A DNA stretch of 64,000 nucleotides from an uncultured virus (IMG/VR IMGVR_UViG_3300032002_000001) (lineage: Duplodnaviria; Heunggongvirae; Uroviricota; Caudoviricetes). The DNA lies in IMG/VR virus record IMGVR_UViG_3300032002_000001. One strand, given 5' to 3'. Made by a program: the position numbers and the translations under genes. This document shows positions 9,349-18,594 of this stretch, one piece after another (the first letter of the stretch is position 1; the number at the start of each line of letters is the position of its first letter). Below the pieces are notes generated by a model. It saw only the letters and a program-made list of their open reading frames with translations, had not been told where the DNA came from and did no database searches.

Positions 9349-10281
9349 CTATCCGTTCGTCAGATCAGAGTCATCTATAGCGTAAGGCAAGGGGTAGACC
9401 GACCCGTCGCGGTAATCGCTGAAGTCGACGTTCCCACCAGTGACGAAGCCCTTCTTCGGGGTGGGATCATTCTTCCCGCCTCCTGTGTTGCTCCCGCCTA
9501 CCCCAGCCTGACGCGTTTGCTGGATCTCATACCAGGCAGCAATCGGTCGGTGATCACTCGCGTGCTTTGGGTAGACCTTCCACCGCTTCGCCTTCACCCG
9601 CTTGTCTGGGTTGAACGAGCCGAGGATGTCGATGGTCGGCCCCTTGCTCAGCCCGTGCGTGGGTGGGGTCACCTCCATCTCGTCCCAGATCGTCAGCAGC
9701 CCGTTGTCCCGGAAGGTCTTGTCCATCTGGGAGCGGACCCCCATCTTCCGGTTGTCTGCCTCCTCATCTACGTTCTGGTCACCACCGAAGAAGGCCAGAT
9801 CCATCCCCTTACCGTGCCGCTTCACCAGATCGCACATCACCTTGGTGGACTTCTCGTGCAGGGCGTCTCTGGCGTCGTTCTTCCAGTACTTGGTCAGCCA
9901 GTGGGTGGTGTGGTGGTAGATGTCCTCGCCATGCCACTTCACCCGCACCCAGTTCACGTACCGAGGTGCGTAGCCACCCTGAGAGGCAGGACCAGGGTTG
10001 CCAGGGAGGACGAAAACTGCGCCTGAGTCCTTGACGTGGCACTCATCCCCGGTCTTCACCATGAACCCGCCTTCCTTGCCCCGCGAGGACAGGACTGGGC
10101 GGTAGCGCGTGCCCTGGCAGACCTGACGCAGCTCCTTGTGGAACCTGGTCATCTCAGTGAAGCTGACGATGTCAGGCTCCAGGCTGTGCATCCAGCGGAT
10201 CGCGTCCTTAAACTCCTCAGGTGGACGGTCGAACCGCATAGAGCAGTGCATGAGGTGCAGAGTTCGGGTGATCTTAGCCAT
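9349..10281 (-). CDS. Endonuclease/exonuclease/phosphatase (EEP) family protein
   Basis: DIVSFTE, THW, GGDQN, TID and SDHRPI motifs in the correct order. Confidence 0.8.
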   Translation of the reverse strand: MAKITRTLHLMHCSMRFDRPPEEFKDAIRWMHSLEPDIVSFTEMTRFHKELRQVCQGTRYRPVLSSRGKEGGFMVKTGDECHVKDSGAVFVLPGNPGPASQGGYAPRYVNWVRVKWHGEDIYHHTTHWLTKYWKNDARDALHEKSTKVMCDLVKRHGKGMDLAFFGGDQNVDEEADNRKMGVRSQMDKTFRDNGLLTIWDEMEVTPPTHGLSKGPTIDILGSFNPDKRVKAKRWKVYPKHASDHRPIAAWYEIQQTRQAGVGGSNTGGGKNDPTPKKGFVTGGNVDFSDYRDGSVYPLPYAIDDSDLTNG

Positions 10282-10735
10282 CGGCCATTCCCTTCAGTTT
10301 GTCGAGGTAGGCCTGCTCGTCTCCTCCGACCACCAACACTGTGTGCTGACCAGACCCCATGTCCGGAACGTCTGCGCCTGACCACTTCATGTATCGATCT
10401 GCGATCTGCAGTAGGGCGAGGTTAGCCCTGATATCTCCGTACATCGCGCTCTGCCACAGCGCCTTCCGCTGGCGATCCAGACGGGCGAGCTCTAGGGAGC
10501 GGACAGTGCGCTGCTCGTTCTCCTCTACGAACTGGGCCTCGAAGTTCAGCCTCTCCCGGATCAGGTTGGCGACTGCCTCTCCTGAGGAGTAGCCCATCTC
10601 AGCGGCGATCTCAGCGAGCGACTCACCCTCCAGCTTCCGCTCGTAGGCCTCCTGAGCCCTGCTCTTGACTACTTCCCCGTCGATCACTTCGTCGGCTAGA
10701 CGCAAGGTTGTGGACTTCTTCCCCTCGTCGCTCAC
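10274..10735 (-). CDS. terS: Terminase small subunit-like HTH protein
   Basis: GTG at 10735 with GGAGG RBS; HTH (LAEIAAEMGYSSGEAV) then LELARLD...ALW..AM.GD..A. Confidence 0.65.
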   Translation of the reverse strand: MSDEGKKSTTLRLADEVIDGEVVKSRAQEAYERKLEGESLAEIAAEMGYSSGEAVANLIRERLNFEAQFVEENEQRTVRSLELARLDRQRKALWQSAMYGDIRANLALLQIADRYMKWSGADVPDMGSGQHTVLVVGGDEQAYLDKLKGMADG

Positions 10736-11054
10736 TGCACACCTCCTCCACAAGATTATCCACAGACTCGCCCTGATCGATCCTGGTGAAGAGCTTCCTA
10801 CGGCCTCTACGTGAGGTACCAGCCCAGACCCCATACTCTTCGCGCACTGTGAGCGCGTGGGTCAGACATTCCCGGAACACTGGGCAGACATCACAGAGTT
10901 TGCTCGCTCTGCGGATCTGGGCGATGAACTTAGGGGGGAGCTCGTCTTCCTCCCCGAAGTAGTAGTCATGACCCACTCCCCTGCAGTGGGCCTGGTCCTG
11001 CCACTCTGGATAGAGGTCGGGCATGGAAAAGGAGACGTACCGCTCACTGTCCAC
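10623..11054 (-). CDS. whiB: WhiB-family Fe-S transcription factor (start uncertain, 11054 or 11024)
   Basis: W...A.C, C-x2-C-PV-x3-C and YGVWAG motifs followed by basic RRGRRK. Confidence 0.85.
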   Translation of the reverse strand: MDSERYVSFSMPDLYPEWQDQAHCRGVGHDYYFGEEDELPPKFIAQIRRASKLCDVCPVFRECLTHALTVREEYGVWAGTSRRGRRKLFTRIDQGESVDNLVEEVCSERRGEEVHNLASSRRSDRRGSSQEQGSGGLRAEAGG

Positions 11055-11088
11055 TATGGGCAGGTCGTGGCCCGTCTCCTGAATCCAG

Positions 11089-11595
11089 CTATCGAGCGTC
11101 TGCCAGTCGGTTGGCTCGTTCAGAGAGGATGACTCCGTAGTAGCCGATGCAAGCTGCGTCGAAGCGGTCCTGGTCTGATCCACAGAGCTCAGCATATGCA
11201 CTGTCACGCTCTAGTAGATAGTTACGGATGTCTTCCTTGCCCGCGTGTCCGTTCCCGATGACCTCTTTCTTCCACTTCCCGACGTTCACTGGGATGGTCT
11301 CGCCGTACCATCCATACTCAGTCAGACGGCCTAACCCTGCGAGAACAGCGCCCATAGTTTGGGCCAACTTAATGGAGTACTTCCGGTTGTTCCCGATCAA
11401 CACATCCTCGATCACCACGTGATCGGGTCTGAAGTGCAACACCTGTGCTGCGATGTAGTCCATGAGCGTGGTGAGCTGCAAGGCACGCTTACCCATCATC
11501 TCCACTGAAACAGAGTTGGTCTCTACCAACCTGTCGTTCTCCCACAGCGAGTAGGCGATCTTGGCGATGCCTAGGTCGATGCCCATCACTCTCAC
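11089..11595 (-). CDS. ruvC: RuvC-like Holliday junction resolvase
   Basis: VMGIDLG, VVIE, WKKEVIGNGHAGKEDI, D..DA motifs. Confidence 0.85.
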   Translation of the reverse strand: MRVMGIDLGIAKIAYSLWENDRLVETNSVSVEMMGKRALQLTTLMDYIAAQVLHFRPDHVVIEDVLIGNNRKYSIKLAQTMGAVLAGLGRLTEYGWYGETIPVNVGKWKKEVIGNGHAGKEDIRNYLLERDSAYAELCGSDQDRFDAACIGYYGVILSERANRLADAR

Positions 11596-11690
11596 TAGGC
11601 CTCCTCGTAGTAGACGAAGTAGTCACAACTAGAACACCGATCATGACGAACAGTGACGATCAGCTCGCCGCCACACTCAGGACACTTCAC
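11595..11690 (-). CDS. 31-aa zinc-ribbon microprotein
   Basis: Hand-translated MKCPECGGELIVTVRHDRCSSCDYFVYYEEA; GGAG RBS, coupled stop/start. Confidence 0.55.
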   Translation of the reverse strand: MKCPECGGELIVTVRHDRCSSCDYFVYYEEA

Positions 11691-11790
11691 TTCTGCTCCT
11701 CCAGGGCTACTGCGATCCGCTCTAGCAGCTCGTTGGTGCGATCCAGGCGCTCCAACAGGAGATTGGCTAACTCTGCCATCCAGCCGAGGT

Positions 11791-11895
11791 TCACTTCCGC
11801 TTCTCTCTGTAGTGCAGGATCACCCAGATGATGATCATCACGGTGACCATGCCGCCGATGATCCCGAGAGCGATGGCCTCCCAGACATCATCCAT
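11791..11895 (-). CDS. Small single-pass membrane protein
   Basis: MDDVWEAIALGIIGGMVTVMIIIWVILHYREKRK. Confidence 0.5.
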   Translation of the reverse strand: MDDVWEAIALGIIGGMVTVMIIIWVILHYREKRK

Positions 11896-12034
11896 GAGCC
11901 ACCGTTCCTCTCTCCGCGCACCTCTGGGTGCAGTAGAACCTCTGTCTCCCATTCCACCATCTCGTCCACACGCTGTCCCAGGGAACACTCTCCCCGCAAC
12001 TAGGACACACAGGTGGTGTGCGTGGCCGCTTCAT
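11888..12034 (-). CDS. 48-aa Cys-rich microprotein
   Basis: Hand-translated MKRPRTPPVCPSCGE...FYCTQRC...; GGAGG RBS. Confidence 0.5.
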   Translation of the reverse strand: MKRPRTPPVCPSCGESVPWDSVWTRWWNGRQRFYCTQRCAERGTVAHG

Positions 12035-12037
12035 GGT

Positions 12038-12190
12038 CTACCTCCATGAGTACGCCTCCTCCCAGACCTCAATGGCTCTCCGCTCTAGCCGCTTGCACTC
12101 CCAGGCTATGTACCCCAAGGCTAGGCCGAGTAGCCCTAGCCCGACGAGTACACCTCCCACGGCCACGTAGAGATCATCTCGTCGGGTCAC
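12038..12190 (-). CDS. Small membrane protein
   Basis: Hand-translated MTRRDDLYVAVGGVLVGLGLLGLALGYIAW...; AGGAGGAG RBS. Confidence 0.5.
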   Translation of the reverse strand: MTRRDDLYVAVGGVLVGLGLLGLALGYIAWECKRLERRAIEVWEEAYSWR

Positions 12191-12198
12191 GGCTCCTC

Positions 12199-12393
12199 CT
12201 AGTCCAACATCTCCAGCTCTCGTAGCTGGTCGTCTGTTAGACCTTCTGCCCGCATTCCTTGCCGGATAAGCCTGGTAGTCAGCTCAGCCATGCTCAGGCC
12301 AGTGGCCTCCTTGCGGTCCTTCAGCCACTGGTGAGCGGGGTGACTCACCCGGATACTGATCCCCGCTCCGTACCTGTTCTTCGGGTGATTCAT
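12199..12393 (-). CDS. Possible ribbon-helix-helix DNA-binding protein
   Basis: SIRVS beta strand followed by two helices (GLSMAELTTRLI). Confidence 0.5.
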   Translation of the reverse strand: MNHPKNRYGAGISIRVSHPAHQWLKDRKEATGLSMAELTTRLIRQGMRAEGLTDDQLRELEMLD

Positions 12394-12608
12394 CAGAGCA
12401 TCATCTCCTTGATCTCCTCTGGGCTCAGTCCCTCGTGGTGCTCTAGGCCGATGGCGATCATCCTGCGCACGAACCTCTCGATAGGCATGTCGTAGGCATC
12501 AGCCCTGCCCTTCAGGTAGGCGTAGGCCTGCTGTGGCTCGCGGATGGTGATCTGCTTCATGTCCTTGCTGAGTGGGCGTGAGTGGTCTCGAATTCCACTT
12601 GGCAACAA
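12393..12608 (-). CDS. Possible ribbon-helix-helix protein (start may be the ATG at 12560)
   Basis: KQITIR...YAYLK.RA....MPIERFVRRMI. Confidence 0.45.
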   Translation of the reverse strand: MLPSGIRDHSRPLSKDMKQITIREPQQAYAYLKGRADAYDMPIERFVRRMIAIGLEHHEGLSPEEIKEMML

Positions 12609-12637
12609 ATTTTCCTTTCTCAGTGGGTGGGTGACCC

Positions 12638-12934
12638 TCAGTCAGGGATCTCCACGCCGTAAGTTTTCCTGTCTGTTCCCCAGAAGTCTGGGGCACCAAT
12701 GGTCCACGGCATCCGGCAGAACATGTCCTGACACCGGAAGCAGTAGATCTTCACGAGGAAACTCTCAGCACTAGCACTGAACAAGGTCCTCGCAGCCTCT
12801 AGCTTCAGCCTGTGCTTGTGTACTGGAGCCTGGGGATGGCTCTCCACTAGGTAGGGATGTCCTCCCTGGCACATCACTCTCACCCGCTCCATGTCTGGGG
12901 TACCGATGCGATCATGTCCAAGCGGGATCTCCAT
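12638..12934 (-). CDS. Hypothetical Cys-containing protein
   Basis: GAGG RBS; CQGGH and CFRC. Confidence 0.5.
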   Translation of the reverse strand: MEIPLGHDRIGTPDMERVRVMCQGGHPYLVESHPQAPVHKHRLKLEAARTLFSASAESFLVKIYCFRCQDMFCRMPWTIGAPDFWGTDRKTYGVEIPD

Positions 12935-13013
12935 ACCTCTCTAACTGCGCTTGTCACACTTCGTTACACCTTACTTCCTATATCACTCACTCTATGTACT
13001 GTCATAGTTGGTG

Positions 13014-13208
13014 TTAGAGACTGTGTCGCTTCTTATACATCCGGATCGCAGTCTCACTGATCCCCAGATCCCGGGACAGTCGGGTAGAGGTGATCCCTTG
13101 CTCGAAGCACATGGTCAGGGTCTCCTGGTAGTGCTTCTTGGCTTCCTCCATCCATCTCCGCGCGGCTACTGCTTGCTTCACCAGCTCTTGCTGTAGATCC
13201 TCAGTCAT
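13014..13208 (-). CDS. HTH DNA-binding protein
   Basis: GITSTRLSRDLGISETAIR. Confidence 0.6.
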   Translation of the reverse strand: MTEDLQQELVKQAVAARRWMEEAKKHYQETLTMCFEQGITSTRLSRDLGISETAIRMYKKRHSL

Positions 13209-13530
13209 TGGCCCTCCGGTACACCTCTACCTTTCGCGCGTGACCACGGGGGATCCTGCTCTTCACGGCTCTCTTCCCGGTGTGCTCTATTACTCCTTCC
13301 CGCAACAGTTGAGTCACCAGCGGACCCATGGCCCGAGGTTCATGAGGAGGATCTACCTCCCACTCATCTAGCTGCTCCCACACGTCATCAGTGGTGAACT
13401 CGTCCTTGCCGTAACTCACCTTGATGAAGGCTCGCACCGCCATGTGCTTCCACCCCGGCTCTACATGGGCATCAGCCCGCGCCATACCCTCATCCCGGAG
13501 CTCTTCTCCCGAGCGTCTGATCTTGATCAA
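13201..13530 (-). CDS. Conserved phage protein (winged-helix-like)
   Basis: FTTDDVW...EPRAMGP...GVIE.TG. Confidence 0.6.
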   Translation of the reverse strand: MIKIRRSGEELRDEGMARADAHVEPGWKHMAVRAFIKVSYGKDEFTTDDVWEQLDEWEVDPPHEPRAMGPLVTQLLREGVIEHTGKRAVKSRIPRGHARKVEVYRRAND

Positions 13531-13934
13531 TATGCCTCTCCCTCGTCGTATCTCTGGTCACTCAGCAGGCGCTCCTGGCTGAGTCTCCTGCTCCCGAGAT
13601 CTGTCATCTTCTTGCTCAGCTCGATGAAACTCCTGAGCTGACCGGTGCGGAACTTGTTGTACGGGCTTCCCCGCACCACCTTGTGGTCCTGCTCCAGTGA
13701 GTGGATCCTCATCTCGATCTCCAGTGCCCGCGCGTAGTAGGCAGTGGCAATCTCCATCAGGGAGAGGTAGGGGCTCTCCACTGGTGGCTCTACTCTCCCG
13801 AGCAACACGTCGGCATACCCCAGCAACTCATCCCGCAGGTCATCTACCTCAGGGAGATCTGCACCCACTGGGACATCAGTGAGCTTCTGCCCGAACTGGA
13901 CGTGGCTAGGAGCCTTTACTCTGTCGATCTTCAC
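13527..13934 (-). CDS. Hypothetical helical protein
   Basis: Coupled operon member. Confidence 0.6.
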   Translation of the reverse strand: MKIDRVKAPSHVQFGQKLTDVPVGADLPEVDDLRDELLGYADVLLGRVEPPVESPYLSLMEIATAYYARALEIEMRIHSLEQDHKVVRGSPYNKFRTGQLRSFIELSKKMTDLGSRRLSQERLLSDQRYDEGEAY

Positions 13935-14091
13935 GCTTCTTCTTCAGCTCCTCCTCGGTGAGCAGCTCCCACCGCTTGGTCTTCCCCCACACGAACTCGC
14001 CGTAGGTGATGATCAGCTGATCCTTCTCGATGTGCCACTCCGCACCCGCAGGGATCGGCATGTGAGTGGTCAGGTACTTCTTGGTGGTCAT
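13906..14091 (-). CDS. Hypothetical protein
   Basis: GGAGG RBS, ATGA overlap. Confidence 0.5.
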   Translation of the reverse strand: MTTKKYLTTHMPIPAGAEWHIEKDQLIITYGEFVWGKTKRWELLTEEELKKKREDRQSKGS

Positions 14092-14312
14092 GCACCCTCC
14101 TCAGCGATAATCTCTTCCCGCAGACGCTTGAACGCCGCCTTCCAGCTGATGCTGTCGTTTCTCGCCAGCTCGATGCTCTTCTTCCTCAACCGCTGGGCCA
14201 TCTCGCGCCGTGCCTGACGCCTGATCGCCTCGTGGTCACAGCTACCCTTGGGCACCAACCCGTAGGTGCGCTGGGCGTACTCGCTCTCACTCTCTACTCC
14301 CGCATAACTCAT
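14088..14312 (-). CDS. Hypothetical protein
   Basis: GGAG RBS, ATGA overlap. Confidence 0.5.
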   Translation of the reverse strand: MSYAGVESESEYAQRTYGLVPKGSCDHEAIRRQARREMAQRLRKKSIELARNDSISWKAAFKRLREEIIAEEGA

Positions 14313-15076
14313 GCGCTCTCCTTCACTTCATCCCAGTGGTGGATCTTCAGACACCTGTCCCGGAACGGACAGTTGTTGTAGCGGTAGCCCTCCTTCTCGA
14401 TACATGAGGACAACGGCTCATAGAGCTGCTCAGCCAGGGTGTGTGCCCACAGCTCTTCTGCCCGCTCGGTGATCTCCTCGATGGGTAGCTCTTCAGCGGG
14501 GACTACGAACTCCTTGTACTCCTGGGTGTTCTTGTCCTCGTAGATCACCACGGCTTTCTCCGCGCCACTCGCGGCCACGTAGGTGCCCACCTGATCTAGG
14601 TGATCCTCCTTGGGGCCGAAACTGTTCACCTGAGAGAAGCCGTTGGTGTGGATGCTCTTAAACTCCACCACCGAGCCATCGTGGGCGATCCCGTCTCTAG
14701 TCCCGTTCAGTCTCATGCTGTTCTGGGGCAGGGGGACCTCTGCCTCCCGCAGCCATCCCTCAGTCAGCCCAGCCATCTGCCACCTGATGTGCATGAAGGT
14801 GCCGTTCTGGAAGATCGCTGCTGTTCTCGCGGTAGGTGGTAGCTCAGGCATCCCGAGGAAGGTGAACTGTTGCCTTCTGCGGCAGCTGTTCAAGGAGGAA
14901 GCCGAGTACGTCCCACTGCGGTCCCGGGGGACAGCCTGGGCACGTAGTTGTGCGGTGCCGAACTTGATCGCTTCGCTGCTGTAGTTGGGGTTCCCGTTGT
15001 TCTTCATCCATAGATCGTGGTGAGGGGAGACCACCAGGCCTGGTCTGTGAGCCTTGATCATCTCTCCGAACTTCAT
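14309..15076 (-). CDS. Cas4-like PD-(D/E)XK exonuclease
   Basis: SASSLNSC.R, GTFMH, GTRDG, EFKS, Q...Y, C-terminal C...CPFRDRC. Confidence 0.8.
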   Translation of the reverse strand: MKFGEMIKAHRPGLVVSPHHDLWMKNNGNPNYSSEAIKFGTAQLRAQAVPRDRSGTYSASSLNSCRRRQQFTFLGMPELPPTARTAAIFQNGTFMHIRWQMAGLTEGWLREAEVPLPQNSMRLNGTRDGIAHDGSVVEFKSIHTNGFSQVNSFGPKEDHLDQVGTYVAASGAEKAVVIYEDKNTQEYKEFVVPAEELPIEEITERAEELWAHTLAEQLYEPLSSCIEKEGYRYNNCPFRDRCLKIHHWDEVKESA

Positions 15077-15082
15077 AGGTCA

Positions 15083-15111
15083 AACCTAGTCACTCCACAC
15101 TCAACGCACAA
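15083..15111 (-). promoter_or_regulatory. Sigma-A-like promoter, probably giving a leaderless mRNA
   Basis: TTGTGC-17-TAGGTT, 6 nt before ATG 15076, no SD. Confidence 0.5.
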
Positions 15112-15120
15112 GATGTTACG

Positions 15121-15270
15121 TCACCTTTCTTCTGTGGGCCAGCTCACAACGCTGGCGAGGGTGGCATGGACCTGAGCTCTGGCGAGCAGGATCTTCCCGA
15201 ACTCCTCGTTGTAGTTCTGGGACTCGCTGAGCAGATACTCAGCGTTCTTGTAGTGCTCGTGGGGTGTCAT
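15121..15270 (-). CDS. Small actinophage AQVHATLA-family protein
   Basis: Hand-translated MTPHEHYKNAEYLL...LARAQVHATLASVVSWPTEER. Confidence 0.6.
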   Translation of the reverse strand: MTPHEHYKNAEYLLSESQNYNEEFGKILLARAQVHATLASVVSWPTEER

Positions 15271-15482
15271 AGCTGTCCTCTCTGCCCGAATCCATGGGCT
15301 ACTGCGTAGGGGGTATGGCCGAAGTGGAAGTAGTCAGACGCAGGGCAGCGGTACACCGACATCCGGTCGTGGGGGAACTTCTTGATCATGTACTTCTTCG
15401 CCGCCTTACGAGAGGTGAAGCACATCTTCCCGTCGTAGTCGCAGCGACCGATCCAGACATCGTCATTGTGTCCCTTGGTCAT
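15267..15482 (-). CDS. Small zinc-binding phage protein
   Basis: C...GK.CF.SRK.A...YRC....FHFGH; GAGG RBS. Confidence 0.6.
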   Translation of the reverse strand: MTKGHNDDVWIGRCDYDGKMCFTSRKAAKKYMIKKFPHDRMSVYRCPASDYFHFGHTPYAVAHGFGQRGQL

Positions 15483-15844
15483 GTTTCTCCTCGCAACACC
15501 TCGCCAGGGTCGCCACCACGTAGGTCTTCCCGCAGACATTGCAGGTGTTCCTGTCCTGCCCCATATCTCCCGGTGAGGTAGACATCGTTGCCCTCGTAAC
15601 TCGGCTTCCCACACCCATCACAGGTGGTGATGTAGCCATCTAGTAGTAATCCAGTCTCCAGTGCGGGCTGGTCGTGCGCCACGTTGTGGTGTCGCCTGCA
15701 CAGGTTCATCAGGTGGTACTTCTCCCCGTAGATGTCGAGGATCAGTCCCCCGCGTGCTCGGGTGAGCCGGTGGTGCACCTCGGTAGGTGTTCTCCCACAC
15801 CTAGTCCAGGTCCTGCCCACCATGACCATCGCCTCACAGGCCAC
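15479..15844 (-). CDS. HNH-like endonuclease
   Basis: CEA...C...TEVHHRLTRARGG...LCRRHH. Confidence 0.65.
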   Translation of the reverse strand: MACEAMVMVGRTWTRCGRTPTEVHHRLTRARGGLILDIYGEKYHLMNLCRRHHNVAHDQPALETGLLLDGYITTCDGCGKPSYEGNDVYLTGRYGAGQEHLQCLREDLRGGDPGEVLRGET

Positions 15845-18518
15845 TCAGGGCTCCTCCGTCTCTGAGCTTTCCGAGGACTCCGGTGAGGGACTCGGTGGTT
15901 CCGTCGTAGTCCTTCCCTCCGGAGATGGGTCGGGCGGGAGATCGTTCGACCAGGTCATCCAGGTCTCGATAGGGGGCGTTCGCCACCAGTACTTCTGCTG
16001 AGACTGCGCCGACCCCGTCCACTGATCGCAACCCCTTGCGTATGACGCCTTTATCCCGGTCCACTGTGTACGTAGCGCCTGAGATGTTGACGTGTGGCGT
16101 GGTGATCCTGATCCCTCGTCTGCGGGTGGTTCTGAGGTACTGGGGCTCTTTGTCTTCTCCAGCTGCAACTGAAAGAAGAGCTGCGTGGAACTCCAGTGGA
16201 TGTCGAGCTGCAAGGTATGCACACCGATATGCAGTGATCCCGTAGACGGTGGCGTGGGCTCGGTTGAACGTGTACTCAGCAAAACCTGCAATAGCTTCAT
16301 GGAGATACTCCTTGTCCTCCGTGGTCATCCCTACGTCGTCGCACTTCTCCTCGATCCACTCGTTGTAACCCTTCATCACTTCCTTGGCAGCCGCTACCTC
16401 CTTGTTGGAGGCCTTCACCGCCTTCAGGTACTTGGTGAGGTTCTCAGGATCCATGCCCAGCGCCCGCAGGATGTCGATCACCTGCTCCTGGTACACCAGG
16501 ACGCCGTAGGTAGGCCCCATCACCTTCTGTAGGAGCTCATGGCGCTCGGGGACCTCTTCCCGCTTGAACTTGCGCCTGATGTAGGCCTTGGTGCCACCGC
16601 TCATCATCACCCCGGTGCGGAACAGGGCCATCGCCACGATCACCTCATGGATGTTCTTGGGCTTCAGGTCCTTACACCCACGTGAGGTGGTGTGCCCCTC
16701 CATCTGGAACACACCATCGGTGTTGCCCGAGGAGATCAGTTGGAAGGTGGGCCGGTCTCGGTACTCGATGGCCTCCAACATGTGGTTAGGCAGGCCGAGG
16801 TTCATCATGCACTGGTCCACCACGGTCAGGGTCTTAGAGCCCAGCACGTCCAACTTCACTAGACCCAACGCCTCGATCTGATCCTTCCCGTACTGGGTGA
16901 CGAACCCCTTGCGCGAGGCGATGTAGTGCAGGGGTACCAGCTTGTTGAACTCCTCAGGGGTACTGGTGAGCACCACACCCGCAGCGTTGGTACCCATCCC
17001 CTTCAACAGATCCCTGCTGGAGAGATCCATCAGCATCTGCTTGTGGTCATCAGGCACATCAGCCCAGGTGGGCTTCTCCTCGCCCTCCTCCAGTGTCTTG
17101 TTCACCTGAGAGAAGTACTTCACCCGCAGCGAGCCCTTCTGCGAACCGTCCTCACTCTCCTCCTTGTCGAGGGAGTAGGTGGCCCAGGTACCAATCTGGT
17201 GATCCGTGAAGCGAGTGTCTAGCCACTCCATCAGCTCAGCACGCCTGTTGTGAGCGATGTCCAGATCGATGTCAGGTGGCTTGGTGCGGTCCTTGGACAG
17301 GAACCGTTCAAACCTCAGATCCCACTTGATCGGATCAACGTTGGAGATCCCCAACAGCCAGCACACCAATGACCCAGCAGCACTGCCACGGGTCTGGAAC
17401 AAGATGTTCTGCTCACGCATGTAGTCGGTGATCATGGCGACCAGCATCATGTAGCCCGCCATCCCCGAGTCCTTGATCACCTCGAACTCTTCTTCGAGCT
17501 TCTGGTAGTACCTAGCCACCTTCTTGGTGGGGATGTCTTCGACCTTCAACTCCATCTGATCCCAACACCGCTTCACCATGGCGTCGTACGGGTCAGGGAC
17601 TACCTGAGGGACCGCGTAAGAGTAAGAGTCAAGAACCGGGATGTGGAGTCGATGTCTATCGAGGAGATCTCCCAGTCCCTCCAGTCCTCGCGCAAGGCGA
17701 TATTCGCTGTGATGCGCTGATATCCACTCGTCGTCTGCGAGGTGGAAGCCGTCTCCTGGAAAGACTGCGTCATCGGGGTCTGGTCCGAAGGCAACGAGTC
17801 GTTTGAGGGCTTCGTGGGCGGGTCGGTCTTGTGGTACCAGGTAATGCGAATCCTGAGTGATGACCACCGGGAGACCCATCTGGTCAGCAATACCCACCAA
17901 GGCGTCAGCAAGACTGTCGTCACCCCACTCCGTGTCATGGTCAATACCGTGGTTCTGGATCTCCACGTAGACGGAGCGGGGGAACCAGGCCTCTAGGGTA
18001 GCCAGATACTGCTTGGCTGCGCCTTCACCACGCTTAATCAGGCTTTGAGCTGCGTACCCAAAGAAGCAACCGGTAGTCACCGCGAGACCACCAAGCCGAC
18101 CATCCTCGGCCAGTTGCGCCAGGATGTTGTAGTCGATGGTGGGCTTGTGGAAGAAGTTCTGGTGAGAGGCCGTGGACAGGTTCACCAGGTTCTCGTAGCC
18201 CTCACCGGTGTAGGCCACCACACCGAGGTGGAACCGCTCAGCCTTCTTGTGCTTGTCCCGGTAGTCCTTCTTGTAGGCCGACAGGTCAGGGACGAAGTAC
18301 ATCTCTGAGCCGGGGAAGGGCTTGATCCCCGCCTTCATGCACTCCTGGTAGAGCTCGACTGAGCCAGCCATGTTGCCGTGGTCAGTGAGCCCCAGACCAC
18401 GCTGACCTAGCTCGCTGACCCGCTTGACGATGTCCTGCACCGAAGGGAGGGCATCATCCACGCTGTACCGAGAGTGGGTGTGCACGCTCCAGAACTTCGG
18501 AGTGCGACGAATTCTCAC
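15834..18518 (-). CDS. dnaE: DNA polymerase III alpha subunit (C-terminally short)
   Basis: PHP motifs HTHSRYS, TDHG; RGSAAGSLV, PDIDLD, KLDVLG, GVFQ, FNRAHA, HhH GVG; GTG 18518 with AGGAG. Confidence 0.92.
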   Translation of the reverse strand: MRIRRTPKFWSVHTHSRYSVDDALPSVQDIVKRVSELGQRGLGLTDHGNMAGSVELYQECMKAGIKPFPGSEMYFVPDLSAYKKDYRDKHKKAERFHLGVVAYTGEGYENLVNLSTASHQNFFHKPTIDYNILAQLAEDGRLGGLAVTTGCFFGYAAQSLIKRGEGAAKQYLATLEAWFPRSVYVEIQNHGIDHDTEWGDDSLADALVGIADQMGLPVVITQDSHYLVPQDRPAHEALKRLVAFGPDPDDAVFPGDGFHLADDEWISAHHSEYRLARGLEGLGDLLDRHRLHIPVLDSYSYAVPQVVPDPYDAMVKRCWDQMELKVEDIPTKKVARYYQKLEEEFEVIKDSGMAGYMMLVAMITDYMREQNILFQTRGSAAGSLVCWLLGISNVDPIKWDLRFERFLSKDRTKPPDIDLDIAHNRRAELMEWLDTRFTDHQIGTWATYSLDKEESEDGSQKGSLRVKYFSQVNKTLEEGEEKPTWADVPDDHKQMLMDLSSRDLLKGMGTNAAGVVLTSTPEEFNKLVPLHYIASRKGFVTQYGKDQIEALGLVKLDVLGSKTLTVVDQCMMNLGLPNHMLEAIEYRDRPTFQLISSGNTDGVFQMEGHTTSRGCKDLKPKNIHEVIVAMALFRTGVMMSGGTKAYIRRKFKREEVPERHELLQKVMGPTYGVLVYQEQVIDILRALGMDPENLTKYLKAVKASNKEVAAAKEVMKGYNEWIEEKCDDVGMTTEDKEYLHEAIAGFAEYTFNRAHATVYGITAYRCAYLAARHPLEFHAALLSVAAGEDKEPQYLRTTRRRGIRITTPHVNISGATYTVDRDKGVIRKGLRSVDGVGAVSAEVLVANAPYRDLDDLVERSPARPISGGKDYDGTTESLTGVLGKLRDGGALSGL

Positions 18519-18594
18519 GCAGACTCCTGTGGTGGGCCGGTGGGAGCCAGACTGACGGGGACGGATTGGGTGCCCAACCCCCACCGGCGATTGA

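Noticed and set aside
14309..15076. Cas4-like gene as part of a CRISPR system
   Set aside because: No repeat-spacer array or other cas genes; solo Cas4-like exonucleases are common in phage replication modules
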